Assembly (NCBI GenBank): GCA_958009085.1
Contig: OY253685.1
Location: 868,001 to 900,694, forward strand
DNA length: 32,694 nt
Reading direction: 5' to 3'
Origin: Protoeuglena noctilucae
Lineage: Eukaryota
Positions 1 through 11,930 of this stretch are shown piece by piece. Each line of letters starts with the position of its first letter. The first letter of the stretch is position 1. A program made the position numbers and the translations under genes. The notes below the pieces were generated by a model. It made no database searches. It was not told where the DNA came from and was given only the letters and a program-made list of their open reading frames with translations.

Positions 1-3000
1 ATGTAGATGCGGTCGGTGAGGGGGGTGATGACCAGGCGAGGCCCGTTGCCCAGGTACTCGTAGCCGTAGGGGAAGAAGGCGTCGCAGATGCGGATACGGC
101 AGTCCTGCACCGACTGGTCCCAGTACGAGCGCAGCTGGGGGGGCGGAGAGAGAGATGGGGTGAGGGATGCCGAGGGAGTGGTGGCGGCATGTGAACGATG
201 AGGTAAGAGATGCAGTGAGCGATGCCATGGGGCATGCAGGGTGGTGGTGGTGATCACGAGCGATGTAAGAGAGCGGTCCATGCATCATGTATGCCACGTG
301 CTGTGCCCCCTCCGCCATTCTCACCTGGATGGTCCAGAGGAAGGCGTCCACGCGGTCGCACCCCTCGTCGACCATCTTGGCCACGATGTCGCGCGAGTGG
401 GCGTCGATGGTGATCATGTTCATGACCTTCTGACGGTCCGGCTTGCTCAGATTGGTGCGCGTGACCTCGATCAGCCGCGTCAGCTGCTCCACCTGGAAGG
501 CGTTGTACGTGCGCAGGGCGTCCTTGTCGCCCGAAGCGACCTTGGCCAGGGCGCTCTCCACCTCCTGCGAGAGTGGCAGGCGAGGGGGGGTGTGGGTGCA
601 TGGGGACGTGCGGAGGGGGAGCACGGCACATGTGTACACTGGCGGGGGTGCGCATGGGTCCACATGCAGTGTGGGTGCGTTTGGGTGCGCAAGCAGCGTA
701 GCCACTCGCCTGGCACCAGAAGATCTGCGAGACGACGAGGATGAGCTGGGAGGGCCAGTCGAAGAGCCACTCGTGCCTCTTCTTGACCCCGTAGGCCTTG
801 ATGGAGTCGGACAGGATGGCCCGCAGCTCCGTGCGCATCTTCTGCACCATGTCCGACATGTACGACTCGACCTTGTTCTCCAGGGCCAGCTCGGACTGGA
901 AGGGCACCTCCTCTACCCCCACGCACGACACCATGCCGCGCGCGCGGGGCCGCTTGCCCGGCTCGGGCGTCTCCGTGTCGAGGGTGAGGCGCTCGATCGC
1001 CTGGAAGCACTTGCTCATGTGGCGCATCACGCGCACGGGGTTGTTGCCGTTGGACAAAATGTCCAGGAGGTCATTGCGGGACACGAAGTAGAACCTGGAG
1101 TGAGAGAGGGGGTGAGGGGTTCGGGGATTGGGCCGGGGGTGCGTGAGTAGTGGAAGTGGAGAGGAGAGTGTAAGGGCGAGTGCAAGCGCAGGCGAGAGGC
1201 GGTGCTGAGCAGGTGCTGATCAGCCGCGAGTGTGATGCTAATGCTACAACGATGTAAAGCAGGCGACAACACGCAAAGCGAGTGCCAATAAGGTGCCGTC
1301 GAGTCACACACAGTGCGTCGCTACCCCCCAACCCACCCACACCCACCTGGGGAACGCCCGTCGCTTGGACTCCATGTAGTCGGACAGCGCCTTGTCGCAC
1401 AGCTCCAGCTCGCTCTGCAGGTTTTCCAGCTGGGCCATGAGCCCCTCCTTGTTGCAGCACGCCACGCAGTTCTTGACCGCGTGCATCTCCCGCAGGATCT
1501 CCTTCACGCGCCGGTCGATCTCCGCGAACCGCGTGGCCGTGTCAGGCAGCTCCTTCTTGACCTCCTCCGAGTGGATGAAGAGGCTTTCGAGATGCGACCA
1601 CGACCGCTGGATCTCCGTCAGCAGCTGGTTGACGTCGTACACGTTCATCAGCTTGGCGTTCCACCCGAGGATGGCGTCCCGGAACGTGTTCATGTACCGG
1701 TTGGCCATCATCCCCTGCACCAGCACCTGGTTCTCCTCCAGGGCCTCGAAGTCCTCCTCCTTCATTTTCACCATGTGCACGTCCGTCTCCTTGAACCGCT
1801 GGAAGTCCAGCTCCGCCACCGCCCACAGGTCCTCCAGCTTGCGCAGGTTCATCTCCATCTTCTCCTCCTTCTGTGCACGGTCCACGATCTCCCCCACGTC
1901 CTCCTCGAACTTGTGCAGCTCCAGCGCGAGCAAGTCGCCCAGCCGGAAGGACTCGTCGATCACGAACTGCTTCTGCGTGGCCTCCATCAGCAGCGCCCAG
2001 TGGCGGTCGCGCATGGCGGGGGAGCGCAGGTCCCCGATCAGCGGCACGGAGACCATGAAGTTCTTGATGTCCGTCTGCAGGGCCTTGTAGGCGCCCGAGT
2101 CGCGGATCGACTTGTCCAGCGACTTGAGCTCCTTCTCCAATGCCTTGACCCCGTCCTCCATCTCCTCCACCACCACGCGCCCCCACACCACGTCGCGCCA
2201 GGCGGCCACCTGCGTCTGCACCATGCGCGTGACGTCCCAGCACGCCTTGATGCTCCGCAGCTCCCCCATCATGCCGCGGATCGTCGCCACCGCCGGCTCC
2301 ACCAGGTCCGGCAGGTTCAGCACGAACGCGCTGGCCTGCATGTCGCGGCACTGCTTCTTCAGCAACACCAGCTCCCGCAGCACCCGCTGCATCTGGGGGT
2401 ACGCGGAGTCCAGGCTTCCCGCCACGAACACGGCGCTGGCCTCAAAGTCGCGCTTGAACTGACGCAGCTCCCCACGCTCAAAGTCCTTGAACCGGTCGCG
2501 CAGCTCGTCGGCCAGGCGCTGGCGGTAGGGCTCGAACTCCTTGGACACCGGGCCCGCCGCGTCCTTCTTGACCTCCGCCCACCGATCGACCAGGTCCTCG
2601 ACCTCCTTCTCCTCCTTGGGCATGGGCGCCTTGAGCCGCCGCATTTGCCCCGCCAGCGCCACCAGCGTGTCGAGCTCCAGCTCCACCATGTCGCGCTTGG
2701 CGCTGATCTCGAACAGCGCCTCCGCCACCTTGGTCTGCTTGTCGCGGCTCTCCGCGAGCGCCTCCGCGTTGAGGCTCATGTCCAGGCCCATGCCCTGGCG
2801 CTCCACCCAGCTGTCGACGCTGCCGATGCGCTCGGCCAGCTGCCGCTTGACGTAGCCGCGCAGGTCCCACTCCTGCCGGCTCTGCACCAGGTCCAGGGAC
2901 ATGGCCACCGACAAGCGACTGCTGGCCACGGGGCTCCCCAGCACCACCAGCAGCTCCCGCACCACCAGCAGCACGGCATTGTCGGGCAGCCACGAGGGCG

Positions 3001-6000
3001 AGCACTGCAGCGCCGTCTGCCACTCCATCGTCTCCAGGTCCAGCACGTACGCGTCGAACAGGCGCTTGCCCTCCGCGTCGCGCCCGCCCGCCACCACCAC
3101 CTTCTCCCCCGACGTGCCCAGCCGCGTGACCAGGGGGGACGTGCGGGGGCACGGCGCCTGCCCGCGGGTCGCGGGGTCCACGGCGACGGTGAACCGCGGC
3201 TTGGTGATGCGCCCGGCCGCGTTGGCGCAATCCTTCCCCGGCCGCATGACCACCAGCTCCCCCAGCACGACCGTGCTGCCGTCCCCCAGCATGGCCTCCC
3301 CCCCGAACATCACCACCGCGCCGCCCGCGTCCGAGGGCACGTACCCCGCCCCCGCCTTGCGGCGCGGCGCGGGCATGCGGTCCACCTCCATCGGCCCCTT
3401 CGCCTCCCCCTCGATGTCCATGACCTGGAACGTCCCCGCGAACTCGCCGCCCTCCTCGCCCCCGTAGTTGACCACCAGGTTGTTGTCAATCGCCACCAGC
3501 GTGTGGTTCTTGCGACCCCCGCGACCCACCGCGGGGTCCAGGGGCTTCACGGCGCTCAGCGCCGCCACGCTGTCCAGGGACTTCTCGCCCGCGGGGGCGG
3601 GGGACGCATCGGCAGCAGCGGAAGCGGAAGCGGCGGCCTCGCCCTCCGCGTCGCCATCCGCCTCGCCCTCTGCCGCCCCGGCCGCCGCGCCGCCGGTGCT
3701 CGACCCCTCCCCCTCCCCCTCGGCCGCCGCCGCCGCGTCCCCCTCGCCCTCGCCCTCCCCCGCGCCCTCCCCCTCCGCCGCCGCCGCCTCCCCCTCCCCC
3801 TCCTCGTCCTCCTCCCCCTCCGCGATCGAGTCGTTGGGACCCAGCGACCCATGCCAGTGGTCGGCCTCCGCGTCGAATTTGCCCGGCCGCACCCACGCCC
3901 ACCCGTGCTCCTCGTGCTTGAGCACCCACATGTCGTTGAGCTCCTTCCCCGACCGCGCCGCCGGCGTCTCCCCGCACGTCATGACCAGCGTGTCGCGGCC
4001 GAACTGCGCCAGCTGGGCGTTGCGGCGCGGGGGGGGCGCCTCGTCGCCGTCGACGTGCACCGCCTCCCACTGCCACTCCCCCTCCTCGCACAGCAGCGAG
4101 TGCACCTCCACGGCCGCCACGCCCCCGCACAGCACCACGCGCCGCGCCTGCTGCAGCACCGCCACCGCCACCCCCTCGGCGTACGCGGGGGGCTGCCCCA
4201 GCACGCGGGGGTTCGCGAAGCAGTCCACCGCCTGGACGGGGAAGGGCGACCCGCGGATGGGCGTCTCGGCGTGCTGCGCCGGCGCATCCCCGCCCCCGTC
4301 CGCCGGCTCCTCGGCCAGCTCCACGTAGCAGACCTCGACGCGGTAGGCGCCCGGCTCCGGCACCGAGTAGAAGACCTCATAGGTGCCGTTGTCCAGGTCC
4401 ACCACGCGCGCCGTGCCCCGCACGCGGCCGTCCACCGACACGGGCGAGACGTGGAAGCGGTCGCCCCCCGACCTCCGGTTCTGGTTGAGCGTGTCCTTGG
4501 CCTGGATGAGGAAGGAGACCTCGAAGCCCGCGGGCACTGTGGGGCGGAAGGGCTCCTCGGCCTGCAGCGGGTGGCGCACGTTGACGTGGCCCACGCCCGG
4601 CCCCATGGCCAGGCAGTGGTGGGCGGCCGTGTTGGCGAAGTAGTTGAAGTCGAGCTTGTTGACCGTCCAGCCCTCGTCGTTGATGCTCGCGCGCAGGTCC
4701 ACGGGGTACGCCCCATACGACTCGAAGTTGGGCGTGCGGCACGTGAGGGTCTCGGCGTCCACGAACGCGCCCTCCACCGTCTCCTCCATCTTGCCGGACC
4801 CGAACTTGACGCGGACCTTGCCGGGCTTGAAGGACAGGCCCTTGATGGTGACCTCGGTGGAGCCGAACACAGGGCCGATGTTGGGGGACACGGAGAGCGC
4901 CGCGTAGGGGGGGCCGATGATGGGCGACACGTTCATGGCCCAGCAGTCGCCGAGCCACTGGTTGGACCAGCCGCCGAAGAGCACCAGCTGGCAGGCGCGG
5001 TTGTCGTAGAACCACGCGGTGTCCTCGCGGCCCGCCGGGGGCGCCCCCTCGCAGTCGGGCGACCGCCACTTGAGGTCGGCGCAGTCCATGACCTGCACGC
5101 CCCCGCTGAAGTTCATGGGGCCGCGCTGGCCGCCAAAGAGGAACATCTTCCAGTGCGGCACCGACTCGACCGCGCTGAACTGGTGGTTGCACAGCTCGGA
5201 GGGGTAGTGCATGACGCGCGCGGGGGAGTCCATCCACGCTGCGGGGGTGGGTGTGGGTGCGGGTGGGGGTAGCAATGTGGGAGTGAAAGTGGGTAGGGCA
5301 TGCAGGCGGGGAATGCAGGGATGCACAGGGAACGCGCGAGGCAGAGCGGGAGCATCTGAGCACGCGAGCGACGGCACGTCCACCCTCACCAATGTTGTCG
5401 AGGTCGAGCATGTACATGTCGGTGAAGGTCTGCGAGACGTCGCGGCCGCCGGAGATGGCCAGGCGGTTGCAGCCGTCGCCGTCGGGGAAGGCTGCGGGTG
5501 ACGGGGAAACGAGCGCTGTCACTGTGCTGCACCGCTGCGGCATGCGAGGGGCCGCGTGGCGCATGCGCAACGCCTCACCCGTCAGCCGGTGGCTGAAGCG
5601 AGGCGCGGGGGGCTTCCCCGATGCCTGCAGCTCCTCCCATCGCAGCCCCCCCTTGGATGGGTCCCCGTCCGCCGGCAGGTGCAGGGCCCACAGGTCCCCC
5701 AGGGCGCGCCCGGACCCCCCGTAGCCGCCAAACAGGTACACCTTGCCGTGGTAGGAGCACGCGGAGGCCTTGGAGCGGCACCCCGGGTGCGCCTCCCCCT
5801 CGAACTTGGCCGGCGTCCACGTGTTGCGGCCCAGGTCGAGCAGGAAGGCGTCGTCGTAGCGGGTCTTGTGGTCGACGCCCCCGTACACCAGCATGTGGTT
5901 GGGGCCCACCGCCACGGCGATGTGCTTGTTCCGAGGACCAGGCTTCACACCCGCCGGCGTCAGCTTCTTGACCTTGATCTGCGCGGAGAGGGGGGAGCAG

Positions 6001-6726
6001 AGACGCGGTTTGGCGTGGGCCACCACCTGCGTCAATGTGGGGGCGCACGCCTGCTTTGATTTGCGAGCAAGGCGGCCGGCCGGTCGCACCTTCGGCTCGT
6101 CCTGGAGAGGCTCGAAGACGTAGACGTCGTTGAAGCAGCACGGCTTGCCCTCGGCGTCGCGGCCGACGCCCCCGAACAGCACATGCTTCTGCCCGACGGT
6201 GCAGAAGGTGTGGCCGGCGCGCGCGTTAGGGACGTCGCCCACCACCTCCAGCTGGCCCCATCGGACGGACTGCGAGGGAGGACACGAAGCTGGTACTCCA
6301 GAAGGGCGCGGCGAATCGCGCGGGTGCTTCCAAGCCGGGACCACGCAAACCGCCCGCTACCGTCCGCAGGAGAGGGCGCAGGGAGGCGCCAAGGGTGCGA
6401 GAAGAAAGGTGCCTGTGATGGCGTCACGGCGACGGCGCGGTGGCGCGCGCCGAGGAGCGGTTCCGCTACGGTTCCACCCCGGTCCCACCGCGGGCCCATC
6501 CAAGCCCGCTACGCGCCGAGAGACAATTCTGCATCCCCAGTTCATGTGAACCTCGACAATGAACCACTGCATCATTGCTGGCAGGCAACCGGGCGCCTCC
6601 CTGGGCGGGGCCCCAGAGCATGTACTCGACTCGTCCCACCATGAGGGGTCTCGCCGGGATCCGCGCACCAGATATCAAGCAAATCAAGCAAAGAGCGCAT
6701 CATAAAGCGTCATATGCGCTCACCAT
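1..6726 (-). CDS. ODA11: Outer-arm dynein alpha heavy chain (Kelch repeats + IPT/TIG + filamin-like + tail/linker), 5' part; continues beyond position 1
   Basis: Exons (minus): 6726-6724 (ATG only, inferred), 6269-6090, 5978-5579, 5491-5390, 5238-1347, 1094-710, 564-325, 134-1. Kelch motifs ([28 protein letters not shown]), [16 protein letters not shown], and dynein motifs [73 protein letters not shown]. The N-terminal Kelch architecture is that of the Chlamydomonas alpha chain. Confidence 0.95.
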
Positions 6727-7220
6727 GATTTCCTAAGCGCTGCGACAGCGCGCTGGAGCAGCTCAGCGCCCTGCGCCTCTGGGTTTCTCGGATGCCAAAC
6801 AACTACTGATACAACGTTACGTCTCGTACGATTGGATTGCGTAGAACTAATCACGGTGCAAATTGTTTAGTCCAACCGGTGCACAGTCACAGACAACCGC
6901 GGCCAAGCCAACGCCGAACCCCCGGGTGCATGCCCAACAGTGCACTGGAGAGCCGCGGCCTGCCCCCGTGCTCTTTGGGAGCCGAAACGCCAGACTTTGG
7001 TTGCCAGAAGTGCTGCGCCGAGGGCAGCGGACAGGAGAAGTAGCTTGGACGGTCATGCCGCATACGCCAAGGCAGCGCGTGGTGCGCGCGAGCCTTTGAG
7101 GCCCGCTTTCCTTCGCGGGGACCAGAGCACGACGCGTGGTGCATGCTGCCCCGGCGGGCGTCGACGAGTTCGTTTCCAGGGTAGCCGACCGGCCTCGTGA
7201 TTTGACGACGGCGTAATATC

Positions 7221-9116
7221 ATGTTTCCTGCTGGCCATGAAGCGGCCGGCTTGCCATGCGCGCGGCAGCCCCGACATCCGCACATCCGGGTGGAGCTGGT
7301 CGAGGAGGACTTTTTGAGAGACTTAGAACGGGCCGAAGTGGAGGCGTTTCGTCGGCGCGTGGCGGACAGGCCCGGCCCGCCGTCCCCGGGCGCCCGGGTC
7401 GCGGCCATGCTGCGCGACGTGGAGGACGTCGTGGCCACCGCCGCACTGGCGAGGAACTGGCTTTTGACGGCGCCTCAGGGGTTGCTTCCCGTCACATGGT
7501 TCACGGGGGCCATCTGGTGTCAGCGGAAGCGCGCCATCGAGCACGTGCGGGAGGAGCACGATGTCGGGTTTGGGGTGCGTGCCGGGTGCTATTCCACGTA
7601 GCCATGACGCACTTGCCAGCGCTAACGTGGCTGCGCCACTTCCTCGCGCAGGACACGAGGAGTGACGCCCTGACGGACACAGGGAGCGACGACACCCCCT
7701 CGGACATGGGGGATTGCCGCTGGGAGACTGAGACATCTGACTCCCTCTCAGTCAGTGAGGGGGCTGGGATTAACATCGTTGACGAGTTCTGCGAGCCGTC
7801 CCCAGTGCAGGCCTCGAACGAGGCCATGAGGCGGGGCGTGGAGATCCACGCCGCACTCGGTGACGGGCGAGGCAGCGCCATGCCACAGGAGATACCGTGA
7901 CATGCACCATACATATGCAACACACCTTCACCTCGCCCATCTTGCTCCCGCAGAGCGCGCAGTGGTGGGCCCCGTCGCGGATCCCATCGTCGTGGCATCT
8001 GCGGAGGACTTCGTGGCACTGCGCCTCCTGGACGCCCGCCAGCGCCTCTGCCGCCTGTCGGACGCGTGAGGGGCGCACGCCGCCTGTACCACACCCCACT
8101 GCTCCGTCTCACCCGCGGTGGCTCTCCTGTTTTTTCGCAGGGAGCCTGCGACGGCCGAGGTGTTTCTTGCGGGCGAGGTCCATGGCGTGTGGTTTCAGGC
8201 AAGAGACTAGTTACGCCTCTCGATCAAGCGTGCATGATCCCGCACAGCACAGCACAGCACAGTCGCTTGCTCTCGCGGGTGCACCACACACCGTCCTGTC
8301 CTCTGTGGACCCAGGGCATTGTCGACCGCGTGGAGGTCGCCAGGGGCGCGTCAGGGGAGGCCTTCCTGCTGCTCGTCGACTACAAGACGAGGAGCAGGGA
8401 CACGCCGCTGGGGCAGGAGGCCATGCGGACGGCATGGATGCAGGCGCGTGGGCCAGGCCACGTGTCGCACCGCTCCACCCAGCAGCGTCTGCCAAGTCAC
8501 TTCGCGTGTGCTGTCGTGTCCGCAGGTGCGACTGTACCACGCCCTGCTCGCGCAGACCCAGGCGCGGCCCCGCGAGTGGGCTGCACGACTGTGTGGGCAT
8601 CTGCAGGCCAGGGGTCTCGACGTGTCCTCTCCCCTGGCCCTCACGCCCGCACACCGGGCCACCCTCGCTGCCATGGGATTTCCCCCGACCCTCCGCGCCG
8701 CGGCAGTCGCCTACGCCCAGCTCGTCCGCTCTCTCCCACCCCTGAGCTCCACCCTGGCCGGCCGCGTCTGCTACCTCAGCCAGGCCGACTGCCGCATCCT
8801 CCACGACATGGACGTGCACATCTCCCAGGTGACACACCGTGGCTGTGCTCACTGGTCGCATTAAACCACATGCGTGTCCCATGACACTCTCTTGCACCCA
8901 TCGCAGGACACGGAGCCCTTCTTCCACGAGACCATGGCCGAGACGCTGGCCTTCTACCGCGGCGAGGTGCCCCCTTCGCCCGCACAAGCCGCGTACCAGT
9001 GCCGCGCGTGCCAGTTCCAGGAGCTGTGCAGCGTCGGCCGGCAGCGTAGGGGCAGAGCCGCGAGGGAGGGCATGGGAGAGGACCGGGGCGCATTCGAGGG
9101 GCCGCACCGCGCGTGA
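7221..9116 (+). CDS. EXO5: Exonuclease V (Exo5/DEM1-like PD-(D/E)XK nuclease with 4Fe-4S cysteines), multi-exon
   Basis: LPVTWF..IWCQ (first Fe-S Cys), MRRGVEIHAAL, GIVDRVE, LVDYKTRS, MQ|VRLYHALL (QxxxY) and C-terminal CRACQFQELC. Stop at 9114-9116. The start and some middle exon borders are uncertain. Confidence 0.8.
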
Positions 9117-9197
9117 TCGTGTCGCGTCGAGTATTCACAACACACGCCCATGGTGGCATTCATCGCGTGGCCCATTGCCGCAGCTAGCACCACGCTC

Positions 9198-10395
9198 CTA
9201 GAGAGACTTGGCGATGTATTCGACGACCTGCTCGTCGTTGTAGCCATTGGCCTTCAGCCAGCCCACCATTTTCCTGCGATCCAGGGCGGGGTTCCAGATA
9301 AGCCTACATTGAAACGGTGACCCAGTCGTTGCCTGTCATCGCCACCCAGTCACCTCAGCGAGGCCTCAGCATCCAGCGCAAGGATCGTGGGCCTGCTGAC
9401 GACGACGCTGCGGGGACGCAGATGCAGGGAGTGCGCGATGCATGCCAGCTGCCAGCTGCCACAGCCCTGTGAACAGCCGCCACGCTGCACGCCGCCCCTC
9501 ACCGCTTGACGTCCGTCACGCCGATCTCGCGCAGGAAATCCAGCGTGGGGCGCAGCTGTTCCTCGACCGAGTAACACAGCAGGGGAGGGTACCCCTGCAC
9601 CACCTGCCCCACCTCCTCCTTGGAGAGACCCTCAGACCTGCAGCCATGCAGCACGCAGATTGTCGCAGTGATGACGCGGGACAGGCCGATGCGTGCGCTG
9701 CACATTGAAGACGCGAGCAGAGAGCAAGGCAGTGCCGCTCACGTGAGAAGGTCGACGAGCGGCTGGAGGTCTTGCTCCACGTCGAGTAGCCGAGCGCGAC
9801 TCCCAGCTCCCCGCTTCCTCTCCTTCTCCGAGTAAAACATCGACTGAGGGTTCATCGCCATGTCACTGCGCGATGACGGAGAGGGATGGCAAGCCTGGCG
9901 CGCCTCCAGAGCACAGTGAAAGCGGCGGGGCGGCGGGCAGGGCAGCGACGAGCGCCGTCATGCTCTCGCGTGTTCCACCCACGGGGACTCCGCTCACCAT
10001 ATCCTAGCAACTTCATTAACGTTATCGAGGCCCAACCCGCGCAGGAACTGCGCCACGGAGCGGTAGGTCGCCGTGACACGCTCGGCATCTTGTTGCTCAG
10101 CGGCTGCGGCGGCGAGGGACGCTCAGAGAGGGAGTGAGACCAGCGCAAATTGCACTCGTTATTCCAAAGAATGCCTAACAGTTGCGGCGCGGCGTTGTTC
10201 GGGCTGCGCGGGAGGCGCGACTCCGAGGAGGTTGCGCTCACTTCCAGCGCGGGCGTGAACCGGCCGAGCCCGCCCGTTTAAGCCAGCCGGCTGAGTCCAT
10301 CGTCGTGCAGCCAAACCCAGCCTTCGGTGCGGCAAATTCACAGTGCGGGGGCTGCACGAGCAAAGCCAGTGCGGCTGCACCTGGAGCCCGGCCAT
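9198..10395 (-). CDS. mTERF-like repeat protein, probably organelle (plastid) targeted, multi-exon
   Basis: Arg/Ala-rich leader from ATG 10395. Exons encode VAQFLRGLGLDN, LDVEQDLQPLVDLL, GLSKEEVGQVVQGYPPLLCYSVEEQLRPTLDFLREIGV, VVSRPTILALD and KMVGWLKANGY..IAKSL*. The P-x-L-L-x-Y-S..L-x-P..FL..G pattern is typical of mTERF repeats. Confidence 0.7.
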
Positions 10396-10514
10396 GGGCT
10401 CACCGGCAGCAGCAGGCGGTCGCAAGCGAAATCAAACTACCAGACTACGCACTTTTCTAGTCACGAGGGTGTCACTCTGTCCTGGAAGTCCTCGGAAAAC
10501 AAGAAACCTGCGGG

Positions 10515-11432
10515 TCAAACCCTCCCGGTGACGGCAGACCCGGCGCCCATAGCAGCGCGGGCGAGGCTGGGCAGCACGTTCGCCAGACTCGGGAAGCCGA
10601 CCACGACGCTCATGTTGATGATGGGGAAGATGGTCATTAGCATGCTGCATGGGGGGACATGGGCAGTGCGTGCGTTGCAGCTAGTGTGCGACCCCTAGGG
10701 GGGTGACGGGCCCGCTCAAGCAAGGCCTAGAGGCCGCATGGGTCGCCGGTGTGGCGCTGGCGATGTGCAGAGTGCAATGGCATAGACACGGCACTCACCC
10801 GGTCGTCCTGAGGGTGGTGCTCGTCCTTCCACTGACGAAGAGTGCTCCGTGCATGATTCGGCCGGCCATGAACACCCTGCGGTGATCGCGCATACCTCGG
10901 GGCTCAGCATGCACAGTGACCCCAGGCACCAGAGCGGGGGGCGCTGGGACTCTCACCCAGAGATGATGGCCAGGACGTAGTTGTCTGCCGCGCCTTGCAT
11001 CTCGGCGATGGCGAGGAGGATGAGGAAGATGGGCAGGTACTCTGCGGCGTTGGACTGCGCGCGCATGCGTCGCTCTAAGAGAGGCTCGCCGCCGTCGCCC
11101 ATGGACACGCCCGACTTGCGCCGCGTCGCGATGACCATGATGGACAGGAACGCGAACCTGCGGGCCGTGCCGCCACTTGTTACGCGCTACACGCATGTGC
11201 AGCGATGAACACAGGGGAAAGCGGGCCAGAGTTGCGGGACTGAGGCTCACCATGCGCTGAGGACGCATGCCGCTGCGCCGGTGATGGGCAGTACCGCGAT
11301 GGGAGGCGCGGCAAGCATGCGACGGAACATATAGACAGAGACGCCTCCCGAGAGGACCAGGAAGAAGCCGAAAACCGCCACCCCTCCCGGCACAGCAGCT
11401 TTGGAGAGCTCAACAGCGCCTTGCTGTTTCAT
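10515..11432 (-). CDS. MAPEG family membrane protein (glutathione-metabolism superfamily), 4 exons
   Basis: Hydrophobic helices plus VIATRRKSGVSMGDGG..LERRMRAQSNAAEYLPIFLILL and GRIMHG, matching the MAPEG R..G.GDG..RAH.N..EY.P and R..H motifs. Stop at 10517-10515. Confidence 0.85.
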
Positions 11433-11930
11433 GGCTGCCAGGACATACAAGAGCGTTTGGGAGAAAAGGATTTCGTAACCTAAACTTGGCCGGATCGCTG
11501 TTGTGGGCAGCGAGTCAACTGGTCAGACCGAGCGCTGACAAGGTTGCCACGGGGCCCGAGTCTCGGCATATAATCACCCGCTGTACGCGTTGTCGCCATC
11601 ATCATTAGGGCTGCAACCAATCGCGCGAGTGCTGCAGCTGCTCTTGGTCAAACGCGGCGCGGTGGACACGAGAGTGTGAAAACGGGGGCGGTTCCCGTCC
11701 AGCGCGCGGCCTTACAGGCCAACGCGCGTCGCACCTGGCGCCGTGTCCCGGTCCTCGCCTCTCACAAGGTGGGCGGCCGACGGAGACGCGTTTGTCACAG
11801 CAGGCGGTTTCCGTGACGCAAGAGTGGCTGCTGGGCTGACGATTTGCGCGCTGCAGTGTCAAGCGTCGACCTCCACGCGACCGATGGCAAGCGAGACATT
11901 CCGTGCGCCCAGGCAGCGAGGAGCAGGCTC

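Noticed and set aside
1313..5272. 1319-aa plus-strand ORF, and the many other long overlapping ORFs in the track
   Set aside because: Antisense or off-frame shadows of GC-rich coding exons; no recognisable motifs.
6500..6600. AAUGAUG in dynein intron 1 as a possible C/D snoRNA C box
   Set aside because: Imperfect C box, with no suitably placed CUGA D box or terminal stem.
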